Shown one piece after another: positions 62,386 to 64,000 of a stretch of DNA of 64,000 nt (position 1 is the first letter of the stretch; every line of letters starts with the position of its first letter). The stretch comes from Mustelus asterias (Eukaryota). The stretch spans positions 620,001 to 684,000 of the forward strand of contig NW_027590172.1 of assembly GCF_964213995.1 (NCBI RefSeq), in the 5' to 3' direction. The notes beneath the pieces were generated by a model. That model was not told the origin of the DNA, did not search any database, and saw nothing but the letters and a program-made list of their open reading frames with translations. The position numbers and the translations under genes were made by a program.

Positions 62386-64000
62386 AGGAGCAATCCCAGA
62401 GTAACTGTTGGGAATGGAGACAGGGAATGTTCCAGGTTTGTGTATTTTTAGTTATCCTGGTGTCAGAACACACACACACATCAATAAAAGAGGGCATTCC
62501 TGCAAACACACTGCAGCTCCTCATGTCTGTTGTATAATTGTCCCAGGCTCCTGTGAATTCCTTCAACTAGTATGTAATGTAGACTTGAATTGATTTATTT
62601 TAAAACGGTTTATTTTAAACATATTAACACAGGCCTGAAAGTTGTAGACTCAGGACTGTCACACAAATGCTCTCAATCTGATGGTGTGGTGGTATTGTCA
62701 CTGGGCTAGTCACCCAGAGTCCGAGGGTAATGCTCTGGGGAGCCAGCTTCCAATCACACCACAGCAAATGGTGAAATCTGAATTCAATGAAAATCTGGAA
62801 TTAAAGGTCTAGCGATGACCATGAACCCATTGCTGTTCAAACCCATTTGGTTCACCGATGTTCACTGATGCCCTTTAGGGAAGGAATTTATACGACTCCA
62901 GAATAAGACCAGAGGATGCTGGAAAAACTCAGCAGGTCTGGCAGCATCTGTAAGTCTTTCATGTGGCTCCAGGTCCACACAATGTGGTTGACTCTGGAAT
63001 GGTCCAGCAAGCAAGCCACTCAGTTCAAGGGCAGTTAGGGATAAGCCACAAGCAATGAATTAAAAATAATCTTCACAAAATGTTGACCAGTCATTTTCAG
63101 TCTGGAAATTTAAACCTGCTGTTTCAGGAACAGATCCCAGATTTAAACCAATCGTTGATTTAACAGCACACTGCCAGCATTCACCGCTGTTCTTCCCAAC
63201 TCTAAAACACAGTTGTAAAGGAGTCTTTGTTCCATGTCTTAGAATCCTACAATGCAGAAGGAGGCCATTCGGTCCATCGAATCTGCACTGACCACAATCC
63301 CACCCAGGCCCTATCCCCATAACGCCATGAATTTATCTTGGCTAGTGCCCCGACACTAAGGGGCAATTTATCACGGCCAATTCACCTAACCCTCACATCT
63401 TTGGACTGTGGGAGGAAACCGGAGCACCCGGAGGAAACCCACGTAGACACGGGGAAAATGTGCAAACTCCACACAGACAGTGACCCAAGCTGGAAATTGA
63501 ACCCGGGTCCCTGGCGCTGTGAGGCAGCAGTGCTAACCACTAAAGCTCTGAACCATGGAAGAGAGTGGTTGGGATACATTTCTTACACACCTCAGGAATA
63601 TCCCACACATTTTGTCTTGAATGTGATTAACAGCAGCAATAACTGCAGAATGCAGCTCCTGAAGACACATGAACTCATTGAGGTGTTAGTAGATGAGGTA
63701 GGCAGCACGGTGGCACAGTGGTTAGCACTGCTGCCTCACAGCACCAGCGACCCCGGTTCAATTCCGACCTCAGGGGACTGTCTTTGTCGAATTTGTCCAT
63801 TCTCCCATGTCTGCGTGGGTTTCCTTCGGGTGCTCCGGTTTCCCACAGTCCAAAGATGAGTAGGTCGGGTGGATTGACCACGGTAAAGACAGTTTGGCCC
63901 GGTGGGCTTGTGGAAGGGAGGGAAGCAGCAGAAACAGCTGATCAGATTGTCTCAAGCTTAATGACAAAGAAGCTCCATGAACTCCTCGCTTGTTGCTGGA

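Overview
This is vertebrate DNA, almost certainly a shark: it carries HE1/V-type SINEs, abundant CR1 LINEs and Penelope-like elements. Positions 1-32.2 kb are the edge of a T-cell receptor alpha/delta V-segment cluster. I find about 11 V segments in both orientations, all with 23-type (22-24 bp spacer) RSSs. Only one (8658-9120) looks fully functional and one more (29282-30043) is an intact ORF with a poor RSS; the rest are pseudogenes. Decayed tRNA genes (Leu, Thr, Pro, Val) are scattered among the V segments. Positions 34-64 kb hold a C2H2 zinc-finger cluster (one intact gene, two frameshifted), a truncated EMC4 copy sitting where the promoter of the intact ZNF should be, decayed tRNA-Val units and many retroelements. 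The most striking unexplained structure is a 28-copy 56-bp tandem array (44241-45797). Every unit reads as nonamer-like/12-bp spacer/CACTGTG, so it looks like a run of 12-RSS-like signals facing the 23-RSS of the plus-strand V genes, flanked by CTCF-like motifs. All coordinates were read by eye and repeat boundaries are approximate.
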